DNA from: Octopus bimaculoides
Taxonomy: Eukaryota
Length of the DNA: 34,268 bases
Assembly (NCBI RefSeq): GCF_001194135.2
Contig: NC_068995.1
Coordinates: 9,550,705 to 9,584,972 of the forward strand
Direction: 5' to 3'
The notes under the pieces were generated by a model. It did not search any database. It had not been told where the DNA came from and saw nothing but the letters and a program-made list of their open reading frames with translations. Position 1 is the first letter of the stretch; each line of letters starts with the position of its first letter. The translations under genes and the position numbers were made by a program. Shown here piece by piece: positions 1-12,305 of this stretch.

Positions 1-81
1 TATATATATATATATATATCGTGTGTATATATATCAGTGTTTGGTCGGTTATTGAATTTCCTCTCCTGTCTTTCTTTTCAA

Positions 82-403
82 TTCTCTCTCTATCTCTCTC
101 TCTATCTCTCTATCTCTCCCTCTCTCTCCCACTCTCTCTCCCTCTCTCTCCCACTCTCTCTCCCCTGTATCTTTCTCTTTTCTTCTCTTTCCTTCGCATT
201 TCCTTCTTTGTCTTTCATTCTTTCACACTCTCTCACATTCACTTTCACTTTCACTCATTCACTCTCTCTCTCCATCTCTCACCCGTCTCTCTCTCTCTCT
301 CTCTCTCTTTCTCTTTCTCTTTCTCCTTCTCTTTCCCTCTGTCACTTTTTCTTTTTCTCACTATATGTGTATGTATGTATGAATGTATGTATATACATCT
401 GTA

Positions 404-435
<32 letters not shown>

Positions 436-460
436 CCCACACACACACACACACATCACT
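82..460. repeat. Compound microsatellite (CT)n / (TA)n / (CA)n
   Basis: Dinucleotide runs are directly visible; they produce the SLSL/YIYI/THTH pseudo-ORFs. Confidence 0.95.
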
Positions 461-577
461 TGTTTCTCCCTCTTCTTCTTTTATTCTCATCTACTTACAT
501 CGAATCTTTGAAGTTTTATCAGTACACAATAGCAACAATTGACTGCTAGTGTTGTTGCTGCTGTTGTTTTTGTTGTC

Positions 578-1015
578 CTTCTTCTTCTACATCTTCTTCT
601 ACTTCTTTTTCTTCTTCTTCTTCTTCTTCTTCTTCTTCTTCTTCTTCTTCTTCTTCTTCTTCTTCTTCTTCTTCTTCTTCTTCTTCTTCTTCTTCTTCTT
701 CTACTACTACTACTTCTTCTACTTCTTCTTCTTCTCCTTCTTCTTCTTCGAATTCATGATAGTTATTATTGTCGTCGACGTCGTAGTCATCAACATCATC
801 ATTGTCATCATCATCATCATCATTATGAACATCAAGCTCATCAATCCCAATCTCATGTCGGTGACGATGATGTTAGCAACAGTGGTGATGATGATGATGA
901 TGATGAGGATGATAATGATGATGAGGATGAGGATGAGGATGATGATGATGATGATGGTGATGATGACGGCAATGGTGGTGCTGCTGCTACTGGTGGTGGT
1001 GGTGGTGGTGGCGGC
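578..1015. repeat. (CTT)n microsatellite grading into degenerate (CAT)/(GAT)/(GGT) trinucleotide repeats
   Basis: A near-perfect CTT run from about 578-750 is followed by cryptic trinucleotide repeats. Confidence 0.95.
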
Positions 1016-1104
1016 GGAGTCGGGAGCGGATGAGAATTTCTTCAAAGTTTCTTCTTTTGGCATTGAATTCTGCTCTTCAGAAACACAATAGAGCTTTTAT
1101 TCAT

Positions 1105-1231
1105 GTGTGTATATCTGCGTGAGTGCACGTGTTTGTGTGTGTGTGCGTGCGTTTGTGTTTGTGTGTGTGAGTGCGTATGCGTATGTGTGTGAGTGTATGA
1201 GTGTGTGTGTGTGTGTGTGTGTGCTTAGATG

Positions 1232-1265
<34 letters not shown>

Positions 1266-1477
1266 TGTATGTACTTCTACGTATGTATACGTAGGTATAG
1301 ATGTACATATACATATATATATGAATGTAGGATGGATGGATGTATGTATGTACGCATGGATGCATGTATGTATTTATATGCGTGCATATGTAGAGATAGA
1401 TACATACATACATATATAGACAGACAGACAGATAGACAGACGAAGGGCAGACAGGCAGACAGACAGACAGACAGATT

Positions 1478-1530
<53 letters not shown>

Positions 1531-1535
1531 CAGAT
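1105..1535. repeat. Compound (GT)n/(ATGT)n/(GACA)n/(GATA)n microsatellite
   Basis: Directly visible tandem di- and tetranucleotide runs. Confidence 0.95.
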
Positions 1536-1929
1536 ACTCCGACAAAAGATTAAATTTCCGCTCGATTAAACATCCAGCATCACAAACCAAACGCACCACA
1601 ACATACCATTCCAGAACGTACCACAAAGCAACTCACTGCATAACGTACCTCAAAATAGCAAAACTGGAATTGGAAATTTTTTTTAATTTTTTTTATTTAT
1701 TATTTTTACTTCCTGAAGTCATTTAAGAGGAATCTTTAAAATACTTCTACGAAGCTATTGTCTTCTATTCTTTGTGAAATTCGGCACCTTGGATAGTTTT
1801 GGTTCAGCGTAATCGTCAACCATTATTTAGACTAAAGATTAGCATGAATTCCTTGTGGAATCGCAGCGTTGTTTAATGCAAACACACTCCGATTTCCTCA
1901 CATATAAACATATTTCGTTTCCTTACTCT

Positions 1930-1963
<34 letters not shown>

Positions 1964-1989
1964 GAACTGTTAGCTATATTATGCATGTG

Positions 1990-2057
1990 ACTCCCGCACT
2001 AAGATTAGGCGCCATTTTGTTTATTTTCTTTGAGTTTTTTTGTATTAGACGGTGAGT
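1990..2057 (+). promoter_or_regulatory. Candidate 5' (non-coding) first exon with YY1-type motif and splice donor
   Basis: GGCGCCATTTTG at 2008-2019 matches the YY1 core CGCCATNTT. ACG|GTGAGT is a consensus donor with the intron starting at 2052, followed by T-rich intron-like sequence. Confidence 0.4.
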
Positions 2058-2149
2058 GGGAACCTACTTTTCGTGTGTGCATTTTGTTTTTATTTTGTTG
2101 TGTTCTTTTTTTACTTGGGCAGAGGGTCCATTAATTCCTTAATAGCTGT

Positions 2150-2285
2150 CTTCGGCGAATTAGCAGAATCGTTAGTGTTGGATAAAATGCCTCGCGCCCA
2201 CCATCTGTTTCTACTTTTTAAGCAGTGATATCACGCCATGTCGTGGTCAACTTTACTCTTAGGCTTTTTGGGTTCGATTTTAAAA
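2150..2285 (+). mobile_element. Highly degenerate SINE family A copy
   Basis: cggcgaattagcagaatcgttag...aaatgc and ggtcaactttactc...gggttcgat align to the head and middle of the copy at 6268-6497. Confidence 0.5.
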
Positions 2286-2324
2286 AATGATAAAAGACTA
2301 CCATTCTAATGCGAAGTACTCTTT

Positions 2325-2462
2325 TACTGACATTCCGTCGGTTATGACAACGAGCGTTCCAGATGATCCGATCAACGAAACAGCTTGCTCGTTAAACTGA
2401 CGTACAAGTGGCTGAGTATTCTACAGACACGTGTACCCTTAATGTGTACCCTTAACTAGAAC
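2325..2462 (-). mobile_element. 3' tail fragment of SINE family C/D
   Basis: Reverse complement matches 30720-30845 (gggtacacgtgtctgt.gag..ctcagccacttg.acg...gagcaagctgtt.cgttgatcggatca.ctggaac). It carries a 13-bp tandem duplication gtgtacccttaa at 2431-2456. Confidence 0.85.
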
Positions 2463-2689
2463 TATCTTAATTATTTTACGAGTTTTTGGTCGGTCCACTT
2501 TTCCCGCTTTCAACCCATGTATATAGAAGTGAGATTTATAGTGGTTGGACGTATTTGACGTCTCTTTCTAGCATATAGGCATGGTAGCTTCTGTTCCCTT
2601 AATTATAATTATATTCTATACAATTATAAATAAATAAATATATATATATATATATAAACTCTGTGTGTATGAGTGTGTGTGTGCGTGTG

Positions 2690-2915
2690 TAAAAGTACAT
2701 ATGTATATGTGGTGTGCCTTTGTGGGTGGGTGTTTTCCCCTCCCACCGCTTAACAGCCTGTGTTGGTTTGTTTACGTACCGGTCATTTAGCGGTTCTGCA
2801 AAAGAAAAAAAACTGATCGACTGATAAAGTAAGTGCCAGACTTTGAAAATAAATCCGGCACTGAGGTCTATTTGTTCAACAAAACTCTTCAAGTCATGCT
2901 GCTCCAGCATGACAC
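2690..2915 (+). mobile_element. Degenerate 3' part of SINE family B
   Basis: tgtttacgt.cc.gt.a.ttagcggttc.gcaaaagaaa and gctgctccagcatg match 28320-28405. Confidence 0.7.
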
Positions 2916-3074
2916 CTAATAACAAAAGGAAAAAACAACAGCAGTCATATCAACTTGTACACATCACAACCACCACCACAACCACCGTTTACCATTTATC
3001 GACGCTTTTCTGTGCCTTCTTTTTTCCCCTCTGGCTTTTTCTTTCTCACTCTCCTTTCAGCTATTTCCCTGAGC

Positions 3075-3086
3075 ATGACGCAAAAG
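3075..3086 (+). CDS. Candidate start-codon micro-exon (exon 3061-3086, encodes MTQK, phase 0)
   Basis: An ~55-nt polypyrimidine tract ends in TTTCAG at 3060. The 26-nt exon contains ATG at 3075 and is followed by a perfect AAG|GTAAGT donor at 3087. The product is not identifiable. Confidence 0.5.
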
Positions 3087-3828
3087 GTAAGTAGACAAGT
3101 ACTGCTTTAAAACTACATAGTTTAAATGTGTGTGCGCATGCGTGTGTATACGTGTTAGCGTGCGGGTGCGGGTGCGTATTTTGTACTAAATACTCTATGG
3201 ATGTTGCATGAGATGCACTCTACCTGGATACAGATTCGAAAAGGGTGGAACACCTTGATCTTAGAGCTGATCCTCCAAGGCCGGCCAGGGGTTAAACAAC
3301 AACAGCAAAGTCGTGAACACCAGCTAATCACCTCCAGAAGCAATCTCGACAATAACAACGACAACAACAGCAACAACAAATACACACTCAACAAACAATA
3401 CGGTGATAGTTGTAATAGTAACACCAACGAGAACACAGAGAGGCGATAACCAAAAAGAGTAAAGCAAAAAAATAAACAAGAGTTCAAATTGTAATGGCTG
3501 CCATATTAGAAGACAGCGTTTAATGTATATGTTTCTCTTTAGATACTGTGTACGTGTGTNNNNNNNNNNNNNNNNNNNNNNNNNNNNNNNNNNNNNNNNN
3601 NNNNNNNNNNNNNNNNNNNNNNNNNNNNNNNNNNNNNNNNNNNNNNNNNNNNNNNNNNNNNNNNNNNNNNNNNNNNNNNNNNNNNNNNNNNNNNNNNNNN
3701 NNNNNNNNNNNNNNNNNNNNNNNNNNNNNNNNNNNNNNNNNNNNNNNNNNNNNNNNNNNNNNNNNNNNNNNNNNNNNNNNNNNNNNNNNNNNNNNNNNNN
3801 NNNNNNNNNNNNNNNNNNNNNNNNNNNN

Positions 3829-3860
<32 letters not shown>

Positions 3861-4052
3861 TATATACCTATACACGTAATGCATATATATAATGTATATA
3901 TATATATACATAGAGATATGTATGTATGTGCATAAATATATTTATATATGTATGTATATACGTATATATACATACATATGCCTAAATATGATTATAGGTA
4001 CTTATATCTCTATATACATGGATGCACACATGTGTGTGTATTGCGTGTGTGA

Positions 4053-4091
<39 letters not shown>

Positions 4092-4550
4092 TGCATCTTT
4101 GATAGACATATACATACATATATATATGTATATATATATATATGAAACATATACATATATATATGCATTCACGTGTATACACATATACATGTATGTATAT
4201 ATGCAAGTGTGTGTACGTGTTTTTGTGCATGTATGTATGTATGTATGTATGCGTATTTGGTTTACATCTAATTTGTTAACGCTGTTCTGCTATAAGTTAG
4301 AAGAAAGAAGAAAGAGAAAGAGAAGAAGAAGAAGAAACAAAGAATAAAAACGAAGAAAAAGAAGAAGAACAGAGAGAAGATTGCAATGGTGGTGGATGTG
4401 GGAGGGAATAGATTTGAATTACTTCAGGCACAGGACACCTGATGTGTTACACGACGTAGGTTTTTGCTTTGGGTTCGTTTCAGCGTACTCCACCTTCTCC
4501 AAAGTCCATTTCAGAACGGAAATTAGTAGCAAAACCTAGAAAACGTACAA

Positions 4551-4593
4551 GTCTTTACAAGTCTTTACAGGTCTTTACAGGTCTTTACAGGTC
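4551..4593. repeat. 10-bp tandem repeat (GTCTTTACAR) x4
   Basis: Units at 4551, 4561, 4571 and 4581, plus a partial unit at 4591. Confidence 0.9.
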
Positions 4594-4699
4594 GTTATAT
4601 CTTTATAGAGCCAGGATTTTTGGAGTTGATGAAGAAATTAGTCGAACTTCCTCACATTTCTTCCACTCTATGAAAACTCATTGCTTCATAGGAGACGCC

Positions 4700-5850
4700 A
4701 TTTTTTCTTTCGTAATCATTTTTTCCCCTCTTTTTCTTCCAACTTCGTCATCGTCTGCCTTTTCGTACGTAGCATTTTCTCTTATTTCTTTTTACTTCTT
4801 TATCGTCTGCTTCTTTCAGTTAACTTCAGCTTTACGCTTCATATTCTTATTATTAATATTACGCTTCTTCACACAGAGTTGCTTCTTCGTTTTCTATTAT
4901 CTTCTACTTCATCTTATTATGATCATTATTATTACTATTATTGTTGCTGTTGTTGTTGCTGCAGCTACGATAGCTATTGCTATCGCTGTTCTTTTTCATA
5001 TACCGCTTCTTCTTCTTTATGCTTTATTCCTCTTTTTCTTCATCTTTTTCTTTTACTTCTTCTTCCTATATTCTCATTATTCCTCTTCTTCTTTGTATAC
5101 TACTTTTATCCTTGTTCTTCCTCGTGTTCTTCTTCTTCTTCTTCTTCTTCTTCTTCTTCTTCTTCTTCTTCTTCTTCTTCTTCTTCTTCATATTTCATTC
5201 TTTTTACTTTTCTTATTCTTCTATTTTTTCTTCTTCGCCTTCAGCTTCTTATTCTTTTTTCTTCTTATTCTTCTTCCAATTTTCTTCTTCCTCCACCCAT
5301 TCCCCATTTTCTATGCCTGATGTGCTTTATTTTTCATTGTTATCAGTCTTCTTCTTCTTCTTTTTTTCCTCCTCCTCCTCCTTCTACCTCACGTATTCTT
5401 CTTCCTCTTCCTATTCTTTTTCTTTCTCCTTCTCCACTTCTTTCTTCTCTTCTTCTTATCCTTCCTCCTCCTCTTATCTTTTTCTTCTCCTTCTTCTTCC
5501 TCAACTTCATCTGTTCTTTCCATTTCTTCGTTCTTATTTTTTCTTTTTCTTATTCATCTTCCTTCTTTCATCGACGTCTTCATCTTTTTCATCAGCTACT
5601 TCTTATTCTTCTCTCCTCTTTCTTTCTACATTTCTCATTCTTTCACCTCCTCTTTCGTTCCGTCTTATTCCTTCACATTATCTTATATTCTTCCATCATT
5701 TTCTTTCACGCACCTCTTCCCAATCGCCATCCTCTTATTTCTTCTTACATCATACTTCACCTCTTTCATTTCTTTTCTCTCATTTGTATTCTCCTTCATT
5801 TACATCTTCTCATTCTTTTCATTCCCTACTTTCACTTTCCCCCTCCAGGC
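4700..5850. repeat. Pyrimidine-rich low-complexity tract with (CTT)n core
   Basis: Degenerate TTC/CTT/CCT repeats with a perfect (CTT)n at about 5125-5190; the source of the 283-483 aa F/L/S pseudo-ORFs. Confidence 0.9.
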
Positions 5851-5874
5851 ACGTTCGAATGCGTTTAGAGTGTT

Positions 5875-6030
5875 GCAAAGTCAGAGTTTCAGTTCCCGGA
5901 TTGTGCTCTCGAGACAAACACTTCATTTCACATTACTCCAGTCCGCTCAACCGAAAAGGAGGAACCCTTCGTCGGACTAGCGTCCCGTTCAGGGGCAGTG
6001 TCGCGATCTCGCTCACAATGCCCAGGGGAC
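5875..6030 (+). mobile_element. Degenerate SINE (family E): central domain shared with family D, different tail
   Basis: gagtttcagttccc..ttgtg...acacttcatttcacattactccagtccgctcaac aligns to the reverse complement of 10440-10532. It then continues aacccttcgtcggactagcgtcccgttcagggg instead of the C/D tail. Confidence 0.6.
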
Positions 6031-6164
6031 ATTTACTTTCACTTTTACAGACATGTTCTCTTGTATTTTTAGACTTATTCGACAGTTTGTTTTTATTTTT
6101 TCTTTGCTCTTATTTTTCTATACCTCTATTGTTACTATTACTACTACAACTAATACTATTACTG

Positions 6165-6199
<35 letters not shown>

Positions 6200-6267
6200 G
6201 AAAATACTACCACCACCACCACTATTGCAACCACTCTTATTAACTAATATTATTACTAACATTACTA

Positions 6268-6497
6268 AATCAGCGAGCTGGCAGAAACGTTATCACGGCG
6301 GACAAAATGCTTGGCGATATTTCGTCTGTCTTTACGTTCTGAGTTCAAATTCCGCCGAAGTCGACTTTGCCTTTCATCCTTTCGGGGTCGATAAATTAAG
6401 TACCGGTTGCGTACTGGGGTCGATCTAATCGATTGCTCCACCCCCCACCGCTCCCCCAAAGTTTCAGGCCTTGTGCCTAGAGTAGAAAAGATTATTA
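6268..6497 (+). mobile_element. tRNA-derived SINE family A, near full length
   Basis: A-box-like TGGCAGAAACG, B-box-like GAGTTCAAATTCC, internal gtcga stem-loops and a 3' end gtagaaaagattatta; multiple homologous copies occur in the window. Confidence 0.9.
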
Positions 6498-6609
6498 CTA
6501 ACACTACTACTTTTGCTTCTACCACAACTACAACTACTACTACTATTGTTGCAACTACTTCTATTGTGACAGAAATCACAATATTCTCCCTAAACGGGAT
6601 ACTGGTCCG

Positions 6610-7447
6610 TTACAGGGTTTAAGGTCAGTATTTTTTGTGGCCAGGGGGTAAGTCGATGTATTCAATGCCAGTACTTGGCTAGTACCTTATATTTTATCAA
6701 ACCCCAAGAGTAGAAAAGGTAAAGATGACCTCGGCGGAATTTTAACCTAGAGTGTAAAGAGCCGGAATAAATGCCGTCAAGCATTTTCTCCGGCCTGCTA
6801 ATGATTCTGCAAGCACGCCGCCTTAGTAGTAATCCTTTACTACGACAGGCACAAGGCCTGAAATCTTAGGGGAGAGAATTAGTCGATTACATCCACCTCG
6901 AAAGGATAAAAGGTAATGTCACCCACGGCGGGATTTGAACTCAGAACATGAAGACGGACGAAATGCCGCTAAGCATTTTGCTCGGCATGCTAACGATTTT
7001 GCCGGTTTATCACAATGATAATAATAATAATAATTCTTTCTACTAAAGATACAAGGCCCGAAATTTGGGGGCAAGGGACTTTTCGATAACATCGACTCCA
7101 GTGTTTCACTGGTACTTAATTTATCAACTCTGAAAGGATGAAAATCAAAGTCAACATCGGTGGAATTTGAACTCAAAACGTGCAGACGGACGAAATACCG
7201 CTAAGTAATTGCCCGGTGTACTAACGAATAGTAATAATGATTGTTTCTGCTATAGGCACAAAGGCCTGAATGGGCTGGTCGATCTATATCGACCCCGGTG
7301 CTCAACGGGTACTTATTTTATCGACCCCGAAAGAATAAAAATTGAAGTCTTCGCCAGCAGAATTTGAAATCAGAACGTATAGAGCCGGAAGAAATCCGAC
7401 TAAGCATTTTGCCTGACGTGCTCATGATACTACCAGCTCGCCGCCTT
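6610..7447 (-). mobile_element. Four head-to-tail SINE family A copies (~6610-6824, 6829-7012, 7030-7228, 7237-7447)
   Basis: Each copy matches the reverse complement of 6268-6497. They are separated only by short (TAA/TAG)n tails. Confidence 0.88.
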
Positions 7448-7865
7448 CCGTACAGGATATTCTCCAACATAATCTTAAAACAAATATGGCAACAACATGG
7501 CTGGAGTAACTTTTGATCTAATGTGTGTTCGATCATCGCTCATCTGAGACCACGCCAACAACTACAACTACAACATCACTGACATCCACTCTCTCAGTAA
7601 CAAGCTGACAACATCCTTACATAAACACCTTCGTTCTAAAATAGCTCCATACAGGACCGCTGTTTCAATTAATCTTTCCTCTTCCATTAGCAGACGAGAC
7701 GTATTGTTGTCACTTCCTTTACTTTCCAAACACGTTGAGAGAGAATACAAACAGCACAACATTAAATTGTTTAACAAACTTTTCGGGCGTTCGTTTAGCT
7801 AAACTTGCATGAGTGCATCCGTATGATGTAAACATACATATACTGCTATATGCATACATATATAA

Positions 7866-7913
<48 letters not shown>

Positions 7914-8151
7914 NNNNNNNNNNNNNNNNNNNNNNNNNNNNNNNNNNNNNNNNNNNNNNNNNNNNNNNNNNNNNNNNNNNNNNNNNNNNNNNNNNNNNNN
8001 NNNNNNNNNNNNNNNNNNNNNNNNNNNNNNNNNNNNNNNNNNNNNNNNNNNNNNNNNNNNNNNNNNNNNNNNNNNNNNNNNNNNNNNNNATATATGTATA
8101 CATATATATATGCATATATATAATATATAAAAATATAAATGTATGTATATA

Positions 8152-8186
<35 letters not shown>

Positions 8187-8199
8187 GTACGTAAACATA

Positions 8200-8265
<66 letters not shown>

Positions 8266-8504
8266 ACCCATTTGATCTCTGTCCAAAAGGTACTCAACGT
8301 AAAACCTGATTATTTGCTTATAGATTTTGCTTGCAGTGATGTGTGTGTGTGTGTGTGTATATGTGTGGGCGCGCATGCGATCAAGCATCAAACGTATAAA
8401 TATGTACGCTTATGTATGTTACCAGATGTGTATATATGTACACACAAACACACACACACACACATACCAGGACTAGATGAAACTATGATAAGAAGAGAAC
8501 ATTA

Positions 8505-8506
8505 AT

Positions 8507-8582
<76 letters not shown>
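8505..8582. repeat. (GATA)n microsatellite
   Basis: Perfect tetranucleotide run. Confidence 0.97.
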
Positions 8583-9382
8583 CTAATTCCTGCGCAAAAA
8601 GCCAGAAATATTTAAATAAAGACAGAAAAAAAGAAAGGAAGGGATAGCATAAAAGAAGTGAGAAAGATAGAGGAAAAGGAAGAAAAAGACAGCGAGGAAG
8701 GAAGGAAGGAAAGCCAAAACTAAAGAAAGAAAAACAGAGTTAAAAGAATAAGAAAAAAATGAGAAAAAAATTTAAGGAAACAAAACTAAAGAAATAAATA
8801 TAGATAGAAAAGAAAGAGGAAAACAAAAGAAAGAGCGAATGAAAAAATAGAGAGAGAACAGAAACAAAGTATAGTAAAAGAAGGATGAAAGAGAAAAGAA
8901 GTGAAGCTAAGAAGAAAAGACTTGTGCAGTCTATAATGGTGTTTGACGATATTATTTGTGAGATGTCAAATGACATTAGAATATTTCAGGGGAGATAATA
9001 AAACGAAAGTAGAAAAAAACCTAAAAGAGAAGAGCAAAAAGCTAAACGACAGCCATTTTATTGTAAAAAGCGTATTATGGTAGGGATGTCAATAGAGTGT
9101 GCTATTTATAAATCCTTCTTATTTATCACATGTTACCTTACACAAATGAAATCTTCCATCCGGCTAAAAAGATCACATCTAATCTGCGAATAAAGCAACA
9201 TAGTGGATTAGTTGTGAAGTGGGTGGAGGTTTAAAACTATGCCGGTGTGTTTGTGTGTGTATATATATATATATATAATATATATGTATATATATATATA
9301 ATATATATATATATATATGGATGGATGGTTGTATATTCATATATGTATGTATGTTTGTGTGTGGGCGTGTGAGTGCGTGTGA

Positions 9383-9430
<48 letters not shown>

Positions 9431-9628
9431 GTATGCATGTATGCATCGAGGGATAGATAGATAGATAGATAGATAGATAGACAAACAACAAACAGATAAA
9501 GAGAGGGTGGAGGATTTCGAATATTATAATAGTGAGTGTATATATTAATACACAGAGAGAAAGACAGACAATTAGAGAAAACAGAACACTGACGGCGTAT
9601 ACACACGCGCACGCGCTGTGCGTGTATG

Positions 9629-9659
<31 letters not shown>

Positions 9660-9699
9660 GGGCGGAAACTCGCTACACGACAATTAGACAGCAGGAGAA

Positions 9700-9875
9700 T
9701 TTTTCAGAGGAAGGGCTCCCGTCAAACAAGTGTTTCTGCCCGTTAGTTCCTGACACTCAGAGGGACTCGGGCCCACCCTGGTAGTGACATCTATGCACTA
9801 TTTAAATTTCGCTTTCAGTGAGGATTGAACGCGTAACCTTAGGATAAGATTATTGCTCGGCCACACAGCAACCAC
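9700..9875 (-). mobile_element. Possible old tRNA-head SINE
   Basis: The minus strand reads ggttgctgtgtggccgag...ggttacgcgttcaatcctcactg, resembling the family B head (gtggctgtgtgg...ggttccgggttcagtcccactg). The body is not recognised. Confidence 0.35.
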
Positions 9876-10257
9876 CGTATGAACTTGCAGTTTGCACTAT
9901 ATAAATTTGTTTGGCGGAGATAACTAGTGGAAAATGATATTTTTAATCTCGTTGTTTCGACTTTAAAGCTGCGGTCATGCTGGGGCACGATTTTTTTTTT
10001 TTTTTTTTGGTAGAGGTGGTGAAATATTCCACCGTTCCTAGAAATAGATACTCTGTCGTTCGAATGTTAGTCAACTCTACTATGTTACTGTTACTAAGAA
10101 GTTTTCCAAACGGCTGTGGTTTTATCTGGAAGTTCTAAAGATGATATTTAGCTTAATGTCTACATTTCGAAACAGTCTGCGGCCTTTTGTCCAACTTTCT
10201 ATCAGTTTTGTTTGGATGTTGGGTGTGTGTGTGTGTAATGTGCGTGTAATGTGTATG

Positions 10258-10303
<46 letters not shown>

Positions 10304-10304
<1 letters not shown>

Positions 10305-10532
10305 GATCAACGAAACAGCTTGCTCGTGAAATTAACGTGCGAGTGGCTGAGCACTCCACAGACACGTGTACCCTTAACATAGTTCTCAGGGAGATTCAGT
10401 GTGCCACAGAGCATGACATGGCTGGCTCTTAGAAATACAGGTACTACTCATTTTTGCCAGCTGAGTGGACTGGAGCAACGTGAAATAAAGTGTCTTGCTC
10501 AAGGACACAACGCATCGCCAGGAATTGAACTC
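10304..10532 (-). mobile_element. SINE family D (CORE-like centre gtgtccttgagcaagacac, tail shared with family C)
   Basis: The minus strand has B-box gagttcaattcc, then ttgtgtccttgagcaagacactttatttcacgttgctccagtccactcagc, then a tail nearly identical to 30700-30803. Confidence 0.85.
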
Positions 10533-10666
10533 TGTATGTGTGTGTGTGTGCGTATGTGTACGTATATGTATATATATGATATATATTTATACATACATAT
10601 GCATATATATATGCATATTATATATATATAAATATGCATACATACATACATATATATATATAAATA

Positions 10667-10677
10667 GATAGATAGAT

Positions 10678-10754
<77 letters not shown>
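10667..10754. repeat. (GATA)n microsatellite
   Basis: Near-perfect tetranucleotide run. Confidence 0.97.
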
Positions 10755-10755
<1 letters not shown>

Positions 10756-10849
10756 AGCTAAGCGCTTTATGGATGTGAAACTCAGAGTAAACTCATAGAC
10801 CGGCCATATCTATTTTTATATATATACTCAACTGCTCTATAACTTAGAA

Positions 10850-11147
10850 TGTGCTTCAAGGAGTGGAGTCGTAGCTCTCTCTCAGTCTTTCCCAGTAGCT
10901 CAGCTGTTCCACTGATGCAATCTTCCTCGTGTAACATCGCTCAACCGCCTCATGTCCTGCTATTAATCCTACACTGTAAGTTGGCCACAGAGCAGTAGTC
11001 CAGACGGCTAAGGACAAATATCCTCCATAGGACCAGTATAGTTTCCTGGTCCTTTGTTCTGAAGGTTCTCAGAATCCATCCGGCCATTTGCCTGCACACT
11101 GCCGCCATCTTGGTGATATGCATGTGAAACGAGGCATCGTTCCCCAT
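10850..11147 (-). mobile_element. CR1/L2-type non-LTR retrotransposon, C-terminal RT fragment (frameshifted)
   Basis: The minus strand encodes DASFHMHITKMAAVCRQMAGWILRTFRTKDQETILVLWRIFVLSRLDYCS. After a frameshift it continues W...GLIAGHEAVERCYTRKIASVEQLSYWERLRELRLHSL, the typical LDYCS..W / LE.VQR..T / LSY.ERL..L.L.SL motifs of CR1-clade ORF2. Confidence 0.9.
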
Positions 11148-11527
11148 AGATATTGATATGTATATGCATGTGTGTGTATGTATATATGCAGATACATGTA
11201 TACATATGCATACCTATAAATGTCTACGCATAACTAAGCTTCTAAGTCTGTCCTCGTGTGCGAGTGTGTTTGCGCGTGTATATGTTTCCGTCGGTATGCT
11301 TGTGTCTATCTCTGTGTTCAAACGAATCTAACAATCTATCTATCAACGTTCTGGATTCTCTATTATATATCTGACAAGTGCAGTGTGTTTATGTCTGTAT
11401 ACACAGATTTGAACGATGTTGTTCCTCGTAATTTGGTAAAATAAATTCGTTGGCGAATACATTTGCTTCCGCTCAAACATGGCGCAAGCTAATAGAGAAA
11501 GCCAGATATAAGAGAAGTAGTGTATAA

Positions 11528-12305
<778 letters not shown>

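Noticed and set aside
539-1091. His/Asp/Gly-rich reading frames (HQHHHCHHHH...DDDD...GGGG)
   Set aside because: Cryptic trinucleotide repeats open in multiple frames, without splice signals or unique flanking coding sequence.
1645-1850. Minus-strand MVDDYAEPKLSK ORF and GAG|GTACGT donor suggesting a leftward gene
   Set aside because: The ORF is only 22 codons and the splice signals are of a quality expected by chance; there is insufficient support.
21-5868. Long ORFs of 110-483 aa rich in L/F/S/Y/I/H/T/C/V (and similar ORFs throughout the window)
   Set aside because: They are translations of (CT)n, (CTT)n, (TA)n, (CA)n and (GT)n microsatellites, which lack stop codons in some frames. They show no domain-like content.
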